DNA of 32,000 nucleotides from Hormoscilla sp. GUM202. Lineage in GTDB: Bacteria > Cyanobacteriota > Cyanobacteriia > Cyanobacteriales > Desertifilaceae. Of the stretch, positions 1 to 7,955 are shown in pieces. Position 1 is the first letter of the stretch. Each line of letters starts with the position of its first letter. A program made the translations under genes and the position numbers. The notes beneath the pieces were generated by a model. The model had not been told where the DNA came from, did no database searches, and saw only the letters and a list, made by a program, of their open reading frames with translations. The DNA lies in assembly GCA_005518205.2 (NCBI GenBank), contig RFFC02000018.1:25598-57597 (forward strand). The letters run 5' to 3'.

Positions 1-410
1 AACTTTATGTAAATTATGATGAAAAAAAATTAGCGTATGTTGCTACAATATTTAAGAGAAAAAAAGTTAAACATTTACCCGCCTACACCTTAAAAACACA
101 CAATTCGGGTTTCCTCTAAGGGAACTCCAAATAAATAATCCTCCTTTAGGATCCAGTAGTCTAGATGCACCAGTTGGTACAGCGATAGAAATTGGGTAAT
201 TTATTTTTTGGAAGTCCCTTAAACAACAAAACGACTATTTATCGGCTAACTTTGACCAATTCGATATCTCTGCCAGAGCTCTTGTCCAGCAGTAGCGCTA
301 CCGTTACATAAGACTTACCCAAAGCTACCCACAAGTGGACATCGAAGGCAACTTACTTCCTGCTTCGTCCTGATAGTGTCGGCACTGACCAGTCCACAGG
401 CTAACACCAC

Positions 411-881
411 CTAACTGGCGGCTTGTTCTAAATTAAACGATGCGTTCAAGTAGAGATCGCACTCAAACCCGCAGTTGTCACATCGGAAAACCCTTTCTGA
501 TAACGGCATGGAATCTTTTTTTGTGTGACACCTAGAGCAAGTCTTCGTTGAAGGATACCATTGGTCAACCACAACTAAGATCGAGCCGTATAACTCACAC
601 TTGTACGACAACTGTCGTCTGAATTCATAGAATCCCATGTCTGCAATAGCTTTTGCTAGTTTATGATTCGCCATCATCCCTGCTCCCTGCTTCTTTTTAT
701 GCAGGTCAATTGCTGTCGTAAATTTGATTTTCTCTTCTGGATTATCCCGATTATGCTCCAGTATCTGTTTTGTTAAACCCAGTCCCCAATTCCAAGCATG
801 ACGAGCTACTCCGCAATGTTTTGCTAATAGCGTGCGTTGCTTGTTGTTCAGTTTCAATTCTGTCTTAAAGCCTAATAACAT
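411..881 (-). pseudogene. tnpB: TnpB (IS200/IS605-family OrfB) relic with large internal deletion
   Basis: 156-aa ORF. The N-terminus MLLGFKTELKLNNKQRTLLAKHCGVARHAWNWGL is the typical TnpB N-terminal segment. The C-terminus (KLAKAIADMGFYEFRRQLSYKCELYGS...WYPSTKTCSRCHTKKDSMPLSERVFRCDNCGFECDLYLNAS) is the TnpB RuvC-II/zinc-finger/RuvC-III end. Full-length TnpB is roughly 400 aa, so the central core is missing. No TnpA is adjacent. Confidence 0.75.
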
Positions 882-1324
882 TCCGGCTCGTGATATCCTT
901 GACTTAATGATTATGCAATAGGGAGCTTGATGCTTCCTTTTTCTCTGTTTTTATTATAGCAATCCCTACCTCAGAAAATTATCCGAGATAATACTAAATT
1001 TAGTTGATTGGGTGAAATATATCAATTCAAGAACTAAAAAACACTATTCTTACCCAATCCGGTAACAATGTCCAACAATGTCCAATAATTTACTTACAGC
1101 TACGTACCCTAAAGGGCAGCGCTACAAGAACAAAGCCCACGCGCAGGGCCCCCTCCTCGCAGCGGAAGGGGCCTGGAGCGTGCAGGGGCTAGCTTCTCTG
1201 TGGGGACGCGGCACACAGGAGATATCTCGGAGACATCGACCGGCGATTAATATTGCTGGTCTTGGTTTATTGTGCTTGACATAAGTTAGATGATGACCTA
1301 TAATCACGGCTCGCCATTCCCCAA

Positions 1325-1984
1325 TCACCCTACTGCCTGACGCTGCTGCTTGAGATAGGCAAAAACAGACTTATCGCCAATATCAGGGGGGATGGCTTGC
1401 AGGGCCTTGCGCAGGGTAAACACTACAAACCCCACCGCCCAGGTAGCCAGCAAGACTCGTTCTGCCATGACTGGTAAGATGCCAGTCAGATGTCCTAACA
1501 GCAGTATGGGTACTAAGGGAGTCAGCAACTTAGTTTCCAGGCGCGAGAAGCAAAAGGCTTCCTTAAAGTAAATTCCTGTCAAGGCGGCGAAAGTGAAGCC
1601 GATGCCAAATAAAGTGGTTGGGTGGTTGTAGACAGTCAAGGCCAAAGGTTCCCTGAAGAACAGTATGTACCCGATCGCGGCCAGGACCCCGATCGCCCAA
1701 AACATCTGTAGCGCGCGGTGCAGTACTGCCAGATAGATGTGAATGGTAAGTAAGCTGACGCCTAGGGCTAAACAAAACACTGCATAGAGGGGGGTGATGG
1801 CCTTAATAACAGCTGGGGTGCCTCCTTGCCACAGCACTAGGGTACTACCGATGGCAAAGCAGAAGGCGGCTATGTTTAAGCCGGTGCGATAGATAATCAC
1901 GCCCGATCGATCGGCCTCTGTAATAGTAAAGGAGCCAAACTGACCTTGATAAATTTCTGGTTCGGATGCTTGCAACTGAGTCAT
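1325..1984 (-). CDS. conserved integral membrane protein, function unknown
   Basis: 219-aa ORF, largely hydrophobic with several TM-like stretches (GLNIAAFCFAIGSTLVLW, LYAVFCLALGVSLLTIHIYLAVL, WAIGVLAAIGYILFF). Its ATG overlaps the stop of the upstream gene in an ATGA at 1981-1984, suggesting an operon. Confidence 0.7.
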   Translation of the reverse strand: MTQLQASEPEIYQGQFGSFTITEADRSGVIIYRTGLNIAAFCFAIGSTLVLWQGGTPAVIKAITPLYAVFCLALGVSLLTIHIYLAVLHRALQMFWAIGVLAAIGYILFFREPLALTVYNHPTTLFGIGFTFAALTGIYFKEAFCFSRLETKLLTPLVPILLLGHLTGILPVMAERVLLATWAVGFVVFTLRKALQAIPPDIGDKSVFAYLKQQRQAVG

Positions 1985-2790
1985 AGCTTGCTAATTGAAA
2001 TGTCATGAAAATTAACTTCTATTTGATCTTTCCAGTCTAGCTGAAGTTGAGATTGAGCATTACCTCCATTGACAGCAATCTCTACCCAGCCATGACTTCC
2101 TACCAAGGCGATCGCCTCTAGAGGCGGGCTGTCTGCATAAGTATTGCTACCCTTAATCACCTGGTTCTCTAATTTAATATACCACTGTTTTGCCCGAACG
2201 CAGCTGCCGGGAATATTGGTGATTAAATTGCCAAAATGGTCGATATACTGAATGCAGCCAGTGATGCTGGTTGCTGTGTGAGTACATGCAGGTAGGGGTA
2301 ACTGGACTAAAGTTTCTGGGTCGATCGGGTTTCCCAGTTCAACTAGAGGGACGCCGCTAGCCAGATGGGCCCCCACAGGTGCGAAGATATCTCTACCGTG
2401 AAAGGTGCTGCTAGGTGTGGGCGTATGCCAATATTCTGGGTTGTCGAGTTCGACCGCTGCCAGCACGGGATTTTCCGCCAAAATGCCGCTGAATATTCCG
2501 TTATCGGGTCCGACTAGATAAAAGTGCGACAGGAAAAGGGCGATCGCCCTCCTGCTACTCCCCACTCCGGGATCGACAACAGCGACATGAACGGTCCCGG
2601 CGGGAAAATAGGGCAGGGCCTCACGCAAGCAGAACCTGGCCGCGAGAATGTTCTGGGGAGGAATGTTGTGGGTGATATCCACTACTTTTAAACTCGGGTT
2701 AATCCGGGCAATTAGGCCCTTCATTACCCCTACATAGATGTCACTCAAGCCAAAATCACTCAGCAAAGTTAAGAGGTGGCGATCGTCCAT
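1981..2790 (-). CDS. SAM hydrolase / SAM-dependent halogenase family protein (DUF62, SAM hydroxide adenosyltransferase-like)
   Basis: 269-aa ORF with family motifs LLSDFGLSDIYVGVMKG, VVDPGVGSSRR, GPDNGIFS and STFHGRDIFAPVGAHLA. Confidence 0.85.
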   Translation of the reverse strand: MDDRHLLTLLSDFGLSDIYVGVMKGLIARINPSLKVVDITHNIPPQNILAARFCLREALPYFPAGTVHVAVVDPGVGSSRRAIALFLSHFYLVGPDNGIFSGILAENPVLAAVELDNPEYWHTPTPSSTFHGRDIFAPVGAHLASGVPLVELGNPIDPETLVQLPLPACTHTATSITGCIQYIDHFGNLITNIPGSCVRAKQWYIKLENQVIKGSNTYADSPPLEAIALVGSHGWVEIAVNGGNAQSQLQLDWKDQIEVNFHDISISKL

Positions 2791-3107
2791 TAACTTATTT
2801 TCCCTTAAACAAAGGACTATTTTACAGCATGTTTATATAAGAGGCAGAAACTGGAGTTTGCGTTCCGGACAGCTGTGCCCAAGGTAGATTCACTTAAGGA
2901 AAAACCGAAAGGTTCTCATGAAATCCTTATGAGGCATCTACTGCTTTGTAAGCACCCCAGGGAAAGTAGATCCCTTTTGTTGGCTTTGATGCTCCGGAAA
3001 CCACCGGTTTTATTAATTTTTGTAACCATCGCTACACAGTTTTTTCCAGAAAGGGTTATCTTAGAAGTGTGAGCCTTAATTAAATTTCGTCTAAAAAAAA
3101 GTCCACC

Positions 3108-3260
3108 ATGAACATGAATCGTCAAACCAGGAAAAAACTAGCCCAAGTCCATCAAGACAACCTGCAAAAGAACTTACAGCACCGGCTGGAAGTCGCCAGA
3201 ACCAAAGGGGATGAAAACTTAATTCGGATGCTAGAGGCGGAAGCTAACTACTTCAGCTAG
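3108..3260 (+). CDS. small basic helical protein (50 aa), hypothetical
   Basis: ATG at 3108 and TAG at 3258-3260, below the ORF-track length cutoff: MNMNRQTRKKLAQVHQDNLQKNLQHRLEVARTKGDENLIRMLEAEANYFS. A strong terminator hairpin follows at 3408-3439. There is no homology evidence beyond my impression that it resembles small conserved cyanobacterial proteins. Confidence 0.4.
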   Translation: MNMNRQTRKKLAQVHQDNLQKNLQHRLEVARTKGDENLIRMLEAEANYFS

Positions 3261-3264
3261 AACG

Positions 3265-3369
3265 CTAGAGCATCGGTCAAGAAACCGGGTTTCTGTTACC
3301 AAAACGTCAATATAAGTGCTATTTTTGACGAGAAACCCGGTTTCTATCTCATCTTGACCGACTCTATAG
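3265..3369. repeat. MITE-like element with terminal inverted repeats and subterminal AGAAACCGGGTTTCT palindromes
   Basis: The left end is CTAGAGCATCGGTCAAGAAACCGGGTTTCT. The right end, reverse-complemented, is CTATAGAGTCGGTCAAGATGAGATAGAAACCGGGTTTCT. A related hairpin, AGAAACCAGCTTTTGACAAAAAACCTGGTTTCT, lies at 6465-6497. Confidence 0.5.
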
Positions 3370-3407
3370 TCCATGTCAGCTGCGGTCAATTAATTTAACC
3401 GGTGCAT

Positions 3408-3439
3408 AGCCCACCCGATCGCTTCTCGGGTGGGCTTTT
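3408..3439 (+). terminator. rho-independent terminator candidate
   Basis: AGCCCACCCGA-tcgcttc-TCGGGTGGGCT forms a perfect 11-bp GC-rich stem followed by TTT. It lies downstream of the 3108-3260 small ORF. Confidence 0.55.
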
Positions 3440-3478
3440 GGCGCGATCGCCCCGTCCCAGAGGCGATTCGGTTAATAA

Positions 3479-3658
3479 CTTGTCATTGCGAAGGGGGGGA
3501 GTCCAAACCAACATTGTGAGTATCTCCGCTTATATCCCCGGACGCACGACGAAACCCGGGGGACATCATCTGAGCACTACCCAGGTTTGGCCGCGCTACT
3601 CGCACTACCCGGGGAACACAGCCCCCCCACGCTGCGCGAAAAATCGCAATGACAAATG
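3479..3658. repeat. inverted-repeat-bounded element (TTGTCATTGCGA...TCGCAATGACAA) carrying nested hairpin repeats
   Basis: TTGTCATTGCGAAGGGGGGGAG at 3479-3500 faces CCCCCCCACGCTGCGCGAAAAATCGCAATGACAAATG at 3622-3658. A third copy of this end (CCCCCCCCCTCGCAATGACAAATAG) is at 29519-29545. The interior contains the 48-nt hairpin module also found at 11319-11368. Confidence 0.4.
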
Positions 3659-4969
3659 GGGAGCATCCCAGTTTTGCCCTAAGTAATTGTACTTAGAGAA
3701 AGAGCGCCATTAAGATAAGCACAGCGTAAGCGAAGCATTTGGTTAACTGACGTTGGAAGCCATTGAGCCCCAGAGAGCTTGAGACGAGAACCAATACGCT
3801 TGACTACAGACTCTACCTCCCCAGAGCCAATGGGAATGCCCAAGAATTGATAAAGATCATAGTTAACGATACGGTGACAATGTTTGGTTAAATAAGCGCG
3901 GAAGTTCTGTACTTTTTGTCCGTGACAACTGGCTAACAACTCCAATGCTTCGTCAATAAAACCGTGCCAGAGAGATGATTTAACCTGCCTTAAACGCTTT
4001 TTATAGTCGCCAATTTTATAGATATTTTCGACTAGATCGTACCAATCAAGAACTTCACGTCTGCCATTTTCTGGTCTCAATTGAGCAATAATGTTCCAAA
4101 TGCCATCATGACCATCTCCCAAACAAGTAATTATAGCTGTCAACGGCTGTTGTTTAACCCACTCCACCAGGGCGGCATTGTCCTGAAAGTAAGCCCCACA
4201 AACTTCTCCATGCAGGCTGACTGCTTTATAATCTCGCCACTCACAAGAACCCTTACCTTCAGTTCTTAAACGTACTTTGCCACCAGAAACGCTCACAGCG
4301 GTTACAGGGTGACTGCTTTGAGCTCCAGGAAATTCGCTTCTTTGCACTAATCGATGTATGCTGCTGTGTCCCACTTTTATTCCTGTTAACAGTTCCAAGT
4401 CTTTTTCCGCTTGTTGATATGATTCATTAGCACTCAATACCCAGCAACACTTGGAGATTACGGGACTGATTTGTGTGCCTTTCTTTAAGCCCAATTTTTT
4501 GGCCTGTTTGCTGTTTACAGTTACTGTTCCTACGCCGGTTTTGACTTGCCGCTTGCGTCCGGATTGAGACGGCTCCCCATCAGCCAAAAAAAATTTCCTA
4601 AAACTGGTCCAACTGTCCTGAATAAATGCTCTCGTACTGCTAACTCTCTGCTTTCAAAGTCTTTAAGAGCCTCGGGGGGCGTATCTGCATACAGGAGTTT
4701 TGATAATTCTTTGAGATGGTATTCAAGTTTTTGATTTTCTTCTGGGGTCATGTAGCCTCCTCAACCGTGGATATTTTTTCCATATTACCAGAATAAATTT
4801 TTTTCTCGCTTAGTTTGCCCAGAAGAGAGTTGTGCAACTAGTATTTTTCCAGCAACGCCTTACCCTGCAAGGACTTAGGGCCGCCATCTCCCAACCGAAG
4901 GAAATTTGCACAAATCTATAGTCCGCCAATCCTGAGTATAAATACTCATTGCAAAAGTGGGATGCTCCC
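3659..4969 (-). mobile_element. complete insertion sequence, ISKra4-like (family assignment tentative), 1311 bp
   Basis: The terminal inverted repeats are GGGAGCATCCCAGTTTTGC (3659-3677) and GCAAAAGTGGGATGCTCCC (4951-4969), matching at 18 of 19 positions. They are flanked by a perfect 8-bp direct repeat, GACAAATG (3651-3658 and 4970-4977). The element encodes one transposase split by a frameshift. Confidence 0.8.
3679..4751 (-). CDS. DDE transposase (ISKra4-like), two overlapping frames joined by a -1 shift at a T8 run
   Basis: ORF 4530-4751 (MTPEENQKLEYHLKEL...GNFFW) and ORF 3679-4587 (..ADGEPSQSGRKRQVKTG...DGHDGIWNI...LDWYDLVENIYK...GSGEVESVVKRIGSRLKLSGAQW) overlap at AAATTTTTTTTGG (minus strand; A8 at 4586-4593 on plus). 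A -1 slip on T TTT TTT gives ...GNFFLADGEP.... Confidence 0.75.
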
Positions 4970-5062
4970 GACAAATGTCCCAGCCGTCTTGCTTAACCAA
5001 AAAGTATTGCGATTACTATTGTAATTAATATAGAATTCAATTGGCAGTAAAAGGAGGAGGGG

Positions 5063-5683
5063 ATGTCAAAGATAACAGTTATCGAACCAGAAAAGTCTTA
5101 TACATTTGCGGAATACTTTAAGTTGAACTGTGAACCAGACGATCTTCTAGCTTATTTTGGCTATGGGTACGAGGCCAAATCACTAACGTTGCCGCAGTCA
5201 AATCGGGAGTTAAATCGGTTAGAGAATCTGAAACAGCAGTTAGAACAAAATTTACCATACATTAGCCTGAGTAGCGAAATGGCAAGGCGGGAGTTTTTAA
5301 TTGCTCCAGTGTTGATGGAGGTAATTTATTACACGAAAGCGCGAGTGAAGGTGGGGTATTCCTTAACCGTAAGCGAACAACTGAAAGGAGAGTTAGATTA
5401 TTATTTACAATCTCAAAGTCAGTTACTGGTGATTGAAGCAAAAAATGCGGATCTCCAACGGGGCTTTACTCAATTAGCCGTGGAATTAATTGCGGTTTCA
5501 CAAGCACAACTAGCGAAAGGGGACATACTCTACGGTGCGGTTTCTGTTGGTAATATTTGGCAATTTGCGGTTTTGCATAGTCAGGAACAGCAGGTTGTAC
5601 AAGATCTGAATTTGTATCGGGTTCCGGCAGATTTACAGGAATTATTGCCAATTATCGTTGGTATTTTGGAATTGGATTTGTAG
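5063..5683 (+). CDS. PD-(D/E)xK (restriction-endonuclease-like fold) family protein, distant paralog of 5761-6357 and 29620-30228
   Basis: 206 aa. It shares the blocks SEMARREFLIAPVLMEV, GELDYYL, LLVIEAKNADLQRGFTQLAVELIA and YGAVSVGNIWQF, i.e. a D...(V/I)EAK nuclease-like motif set. Confidence 0.6.
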   Translation: MSKITVIEPEKSYTFAEYFKLNCEPDDLLAYFGYGYEAKSLTLPQSNRELNRLENLKQQLEQNLPYISLSSEMARREFLIAPVLMEVIYYTKARVKVGYSLTVSEQLKGELDYYLQSQSQLLVIEAKNADLQRGFTQLAVELIAVSQAQLAKGDILYGAVSVGNIWQFAVLHSQEQQVVQDLNLYRVPADLQELLPIIVGILELDL

Positions 5684-5760
5684 CAGCATAAGATTTAGGT
5701 GAGTTGGTGGGCGCTTGCTCGCCCCGATCGTGGCAATATTTGTGCAACCAACCCTACTAC

Positions 5761-6357
5761 TTACTCAATTGCACTCCGTAAGATACCCAGAATCTTGCCG
5801 ACATTATTCAGAAAATACTCATTTAAGTCTATGGATATCGTTTGTTCTTCAAGTTTCAAAAATTTCCAGTTAGTTCCTGTCGTGACTGAGCCATAGATGG
5901 TTTTGATTTCACTTTCTTGGCGTTGATTAAATAACTGAGCTGCTAACATTTCGGCCATGCATTGCCCTAAGCCTGATTTAATATTATCATTTTTTGCTTC
6001 GACGAGGGTGATAACGGGTGCTTCAATTAACAACTGTTCGGGAGAACGACTAATTAGAAAGTCGCAACGTCCATTCAAGCCTCTTTCCAAGTCAACATTA
6101 AAGTCTTTGCCTGAAAATAAGCCGATCTGACCTTGTAATTGTGTCTTGAGTTCAAATAAAATGGGGGCAATGATAAATTCAGACCGGGATTTTTCTGTAT
6201 CAATTGCTAGTGCTAAGGGTATATATTTTTGCAACGATTGTGCTAGAAAATCGCTGTACTCTATCTCGGGAATATCTGCAAATATCCCAAATTTATCGAA
6301 AATTGTTATGCCAAAGGTGGTTTTGATTTCCTCTATGCTAAATTGACTGTATGACAT
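5761..6357 (-). CDS. PD-(D/E)xK-like family protein (paralog of 29620-30228)
   Basis: 198 aa: MSYSQFSIEEIKTTFGI...SEKSRSEFIIAPILFEL...GRCDFLISRSPEQLLIEAPVITLVEAKNDNIKSGLGQCMAEMLAAQ...YGSVTTGTNWKF. It aligns along its full length with the 29620-30228 product. Confidence 0.65.
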   Translation of the reverse strand: MSYSQFSIEEIKTTFGITIFDKFGIFADIPEIEYSDFLAQSLQKYIPLALAIDTEKSRSEFIIAPILFELKTQLQGQIGLFSGKDFNVDLERGLNGRCDFLISRSPEQLLIEAPVITLVEAKNDNIKSGLGQCMAEMLAAQLFNQRQESEIKTIYGSVTTGTNWKFLKLEEQTISIDLNEYFLNNVGKILGILRSAIE

Positions 6358-6526
6358 TTGACTGCCTCTCTATTATCAGGAATGGGCGATCGCCTCCTAT
6401 ATTGTAGCACATAAATCGCATCTCACTTTTGCTGCTGGCATATGGCATATTCGCTCCGGAGGCCAGAAACCAGCTTTTGACAAAAAACCTGGTTTCTTAA
6501 TCCCAAATTGAGATGCACCCCATAAA

Positions 6527-6868
6527 TCATTTGAAAACACCTGTCATGGTATTAATAGTTAAACTGTCTCCATCGAGGGTTTTAATCACCAGATATACAC
6601 CAAATACGGACATTTCTATTCCCTGGTCTGGTAAGTCCTCACTAAATCGGATAGAACCACCTGGGTTAAACAGCAGCACTTCCTCTTCCGTCAGTACCGC
6701 TGTTACCCGATCGAACGTCAGGATTTGTACTATATAGGTTGTTAAGGGTAGTGCAACTAGGAGGCGACCGCTTTGCAGACAAATACAGGCTAACTGTTGG
6801 TCTACGCCGATCCAAACTGTATTTTGTTCGGACCATACTTGAATTATCGGCTCTAGTGAGGAACTGCT
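6527..6868 (-). pseudogene. start-less open frame, probably a gene whose 5' end was destroyed by repeat insertion
   Basis: The minus-strand frame ends at TGA (6527-6529): ...SLEPIIQVWSEQNTVWIGVDQQLACICLQSGRLLVALPLTTYIVQILTFDRVTAVLTEEEVLLFNPGGSIRFSEDLPDQGIEMSVFGVYLVIKTLDGDSLTINTMTGVFK. More than 110 codons are open, with no ATG/GTG/TTG until the last 50 codons. The 5' side runs directly into the 6870-6976 repeat. Confidence 0.3.
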
Positions 6869-6869
6869 T

Positions 6870-6976
6870 CGATATCTCTGCCAGAGCTCTTGTCCCAGGG
6901 GACTCGTGATATCTTTTGCGTGCCGAGTCCTTCAGGACAAGAGCACAGCAAAAGATATCAAACACAGGAGATATCG
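6870..6976. repeat. nested palindromic repeat of the CGATATCTCTGCCAGAGCTCTTGTCC family
   Basis: Three concentric inverted repeats are visible. The outer pair is CGATATCTCTG...CACAGGAGATATCG, then CTCTTGTCC...GGACAAGAG, and the inner pair is GATATCTTTTGC...GCAAAAGATATC. The same 5' module occurs at 262-287 and 12063-12088, and a variant at 15856-15935. Confidence 0.8.
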
Positions 6977-7244
6977 CCAACTCATTCCCAATCTTTCTCC
7001 CAAGTCTAAGATAGCAAATTTGTGAGAATAGTCATGGACAATTATCTGCCTCACTCCCTCACCTGTCGTGGGTTGCCTCGATTTTACCGGAAGCCCCAAC
7101 ATGCAGTTTAGATGCGCGACAGCTTATCTCTCATACTTTGTCCATATCGGAATAAGAATTGGGGCGATCTGGGCTTTCTCTAATCGGTAAGCGATATCCC
7201 ATTCCCCCTATACAAATTCTCCACAGGGCCAACCTTCCTCTTGC

Positions 7245-7601
7245 TCAATACTCAATTTGCCTTTGGCACTTCCCTAGAAGTGGCGATCGGGCATAGGCAG
7301 GTGCTCTCAGACCGATCCAGATAGCATATCGATCGTCCGAAGCAGTGATCGCAACCAGTTTCTCCGATGCTGCCAATTCGCAGGCGATTTGATACCCTTT
7401 AAGCCAGTGAGAGCCGGGGAACTTGTGAGCCAACACATAGAGTTCGTCATTGTACCGCATTCCCTCACGGATGCTCCCATCCATGTAGAATTTAAACAAA
7501 TTCACCACATTTTCACTCAAGACAACTGGCAGCATAGGTTTAACCGTAAACTTTTTGTTACATTTCTTATCATAATGTAACATTTGCCTTCGACAACCCA
7601 A
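7245..7601 (-). CDS. hypothetical protein
   Basis: 118-aa ORF with no recognisable motifs. The start is uncertain because several internal Met are present. Confidence 0.3.
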   Translation of the reverse strand: MGCRRQMLHYDKKCNKKFTVKPMLPVVLSENVVNLFKFYMDGSIREGMRYNDELYVLAHKFPGSHWLKGYQIACELAASEKLVAITASDDRYAIWIGLRAPAYARSPLLGKCQRQIEY

Positions 7602-7955
7602 AAAGGTGATATTGAGATTTTCCCCAGCTACAGATCTGTCTTATAGCAGAGGGATGGGGGGCATGGCCCTGCAAGGCGATCGCCCCTCCGAGGGAAAACT
7701 GTATGTAGCATCTAACCTACATTACGCACGACAAGTGTACTACATAAATAAAACACTGGTTTTTTCAACTCTTACACTATCACAAATACAGACAAATATC
7801 CGGCGCAACGTCCCTTACAATACCCAAAAGCTTATACCAACCAACAACAAAAACTTACTTGACATAAAATTCCTAAAATTTCCCTATTATTGCTCACAAG
7901 AGAGCTACTCAGAGATGAATATCCCTAAGTTCTACTCATTATTGAATGTGTATTT

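Noticed and set aside
1078-1328. ORFs 1078-1284 (+) and 1122-1328 (-).
   Set aside because: They are mirror-image ORFs lying almost entirely within the GC-rich hairpin repeat cluster 1128-1239. The repeats are open in most frames, so there is no coding evidence.
2875-3125. ORFs 2875-3072 (+) and 2916-3125 (-) in the 320-bp gap upstream of the SAM-hydrolase gene. I also considered an ncRNA here.
   Set aside because: They are overlapping mirror ORFs with no motifs. I could not recognise any RNA family or convincing structure by eye, so the region is left unannotated.
3402-3686. ORF 3402-3686 (+), 94 aa.
   Set aside because: It is read across a terminator hairpin, an inverted-repeat-bounded element and nested repeats, and its composition (P/G/R-rich) is that of translated repeats.
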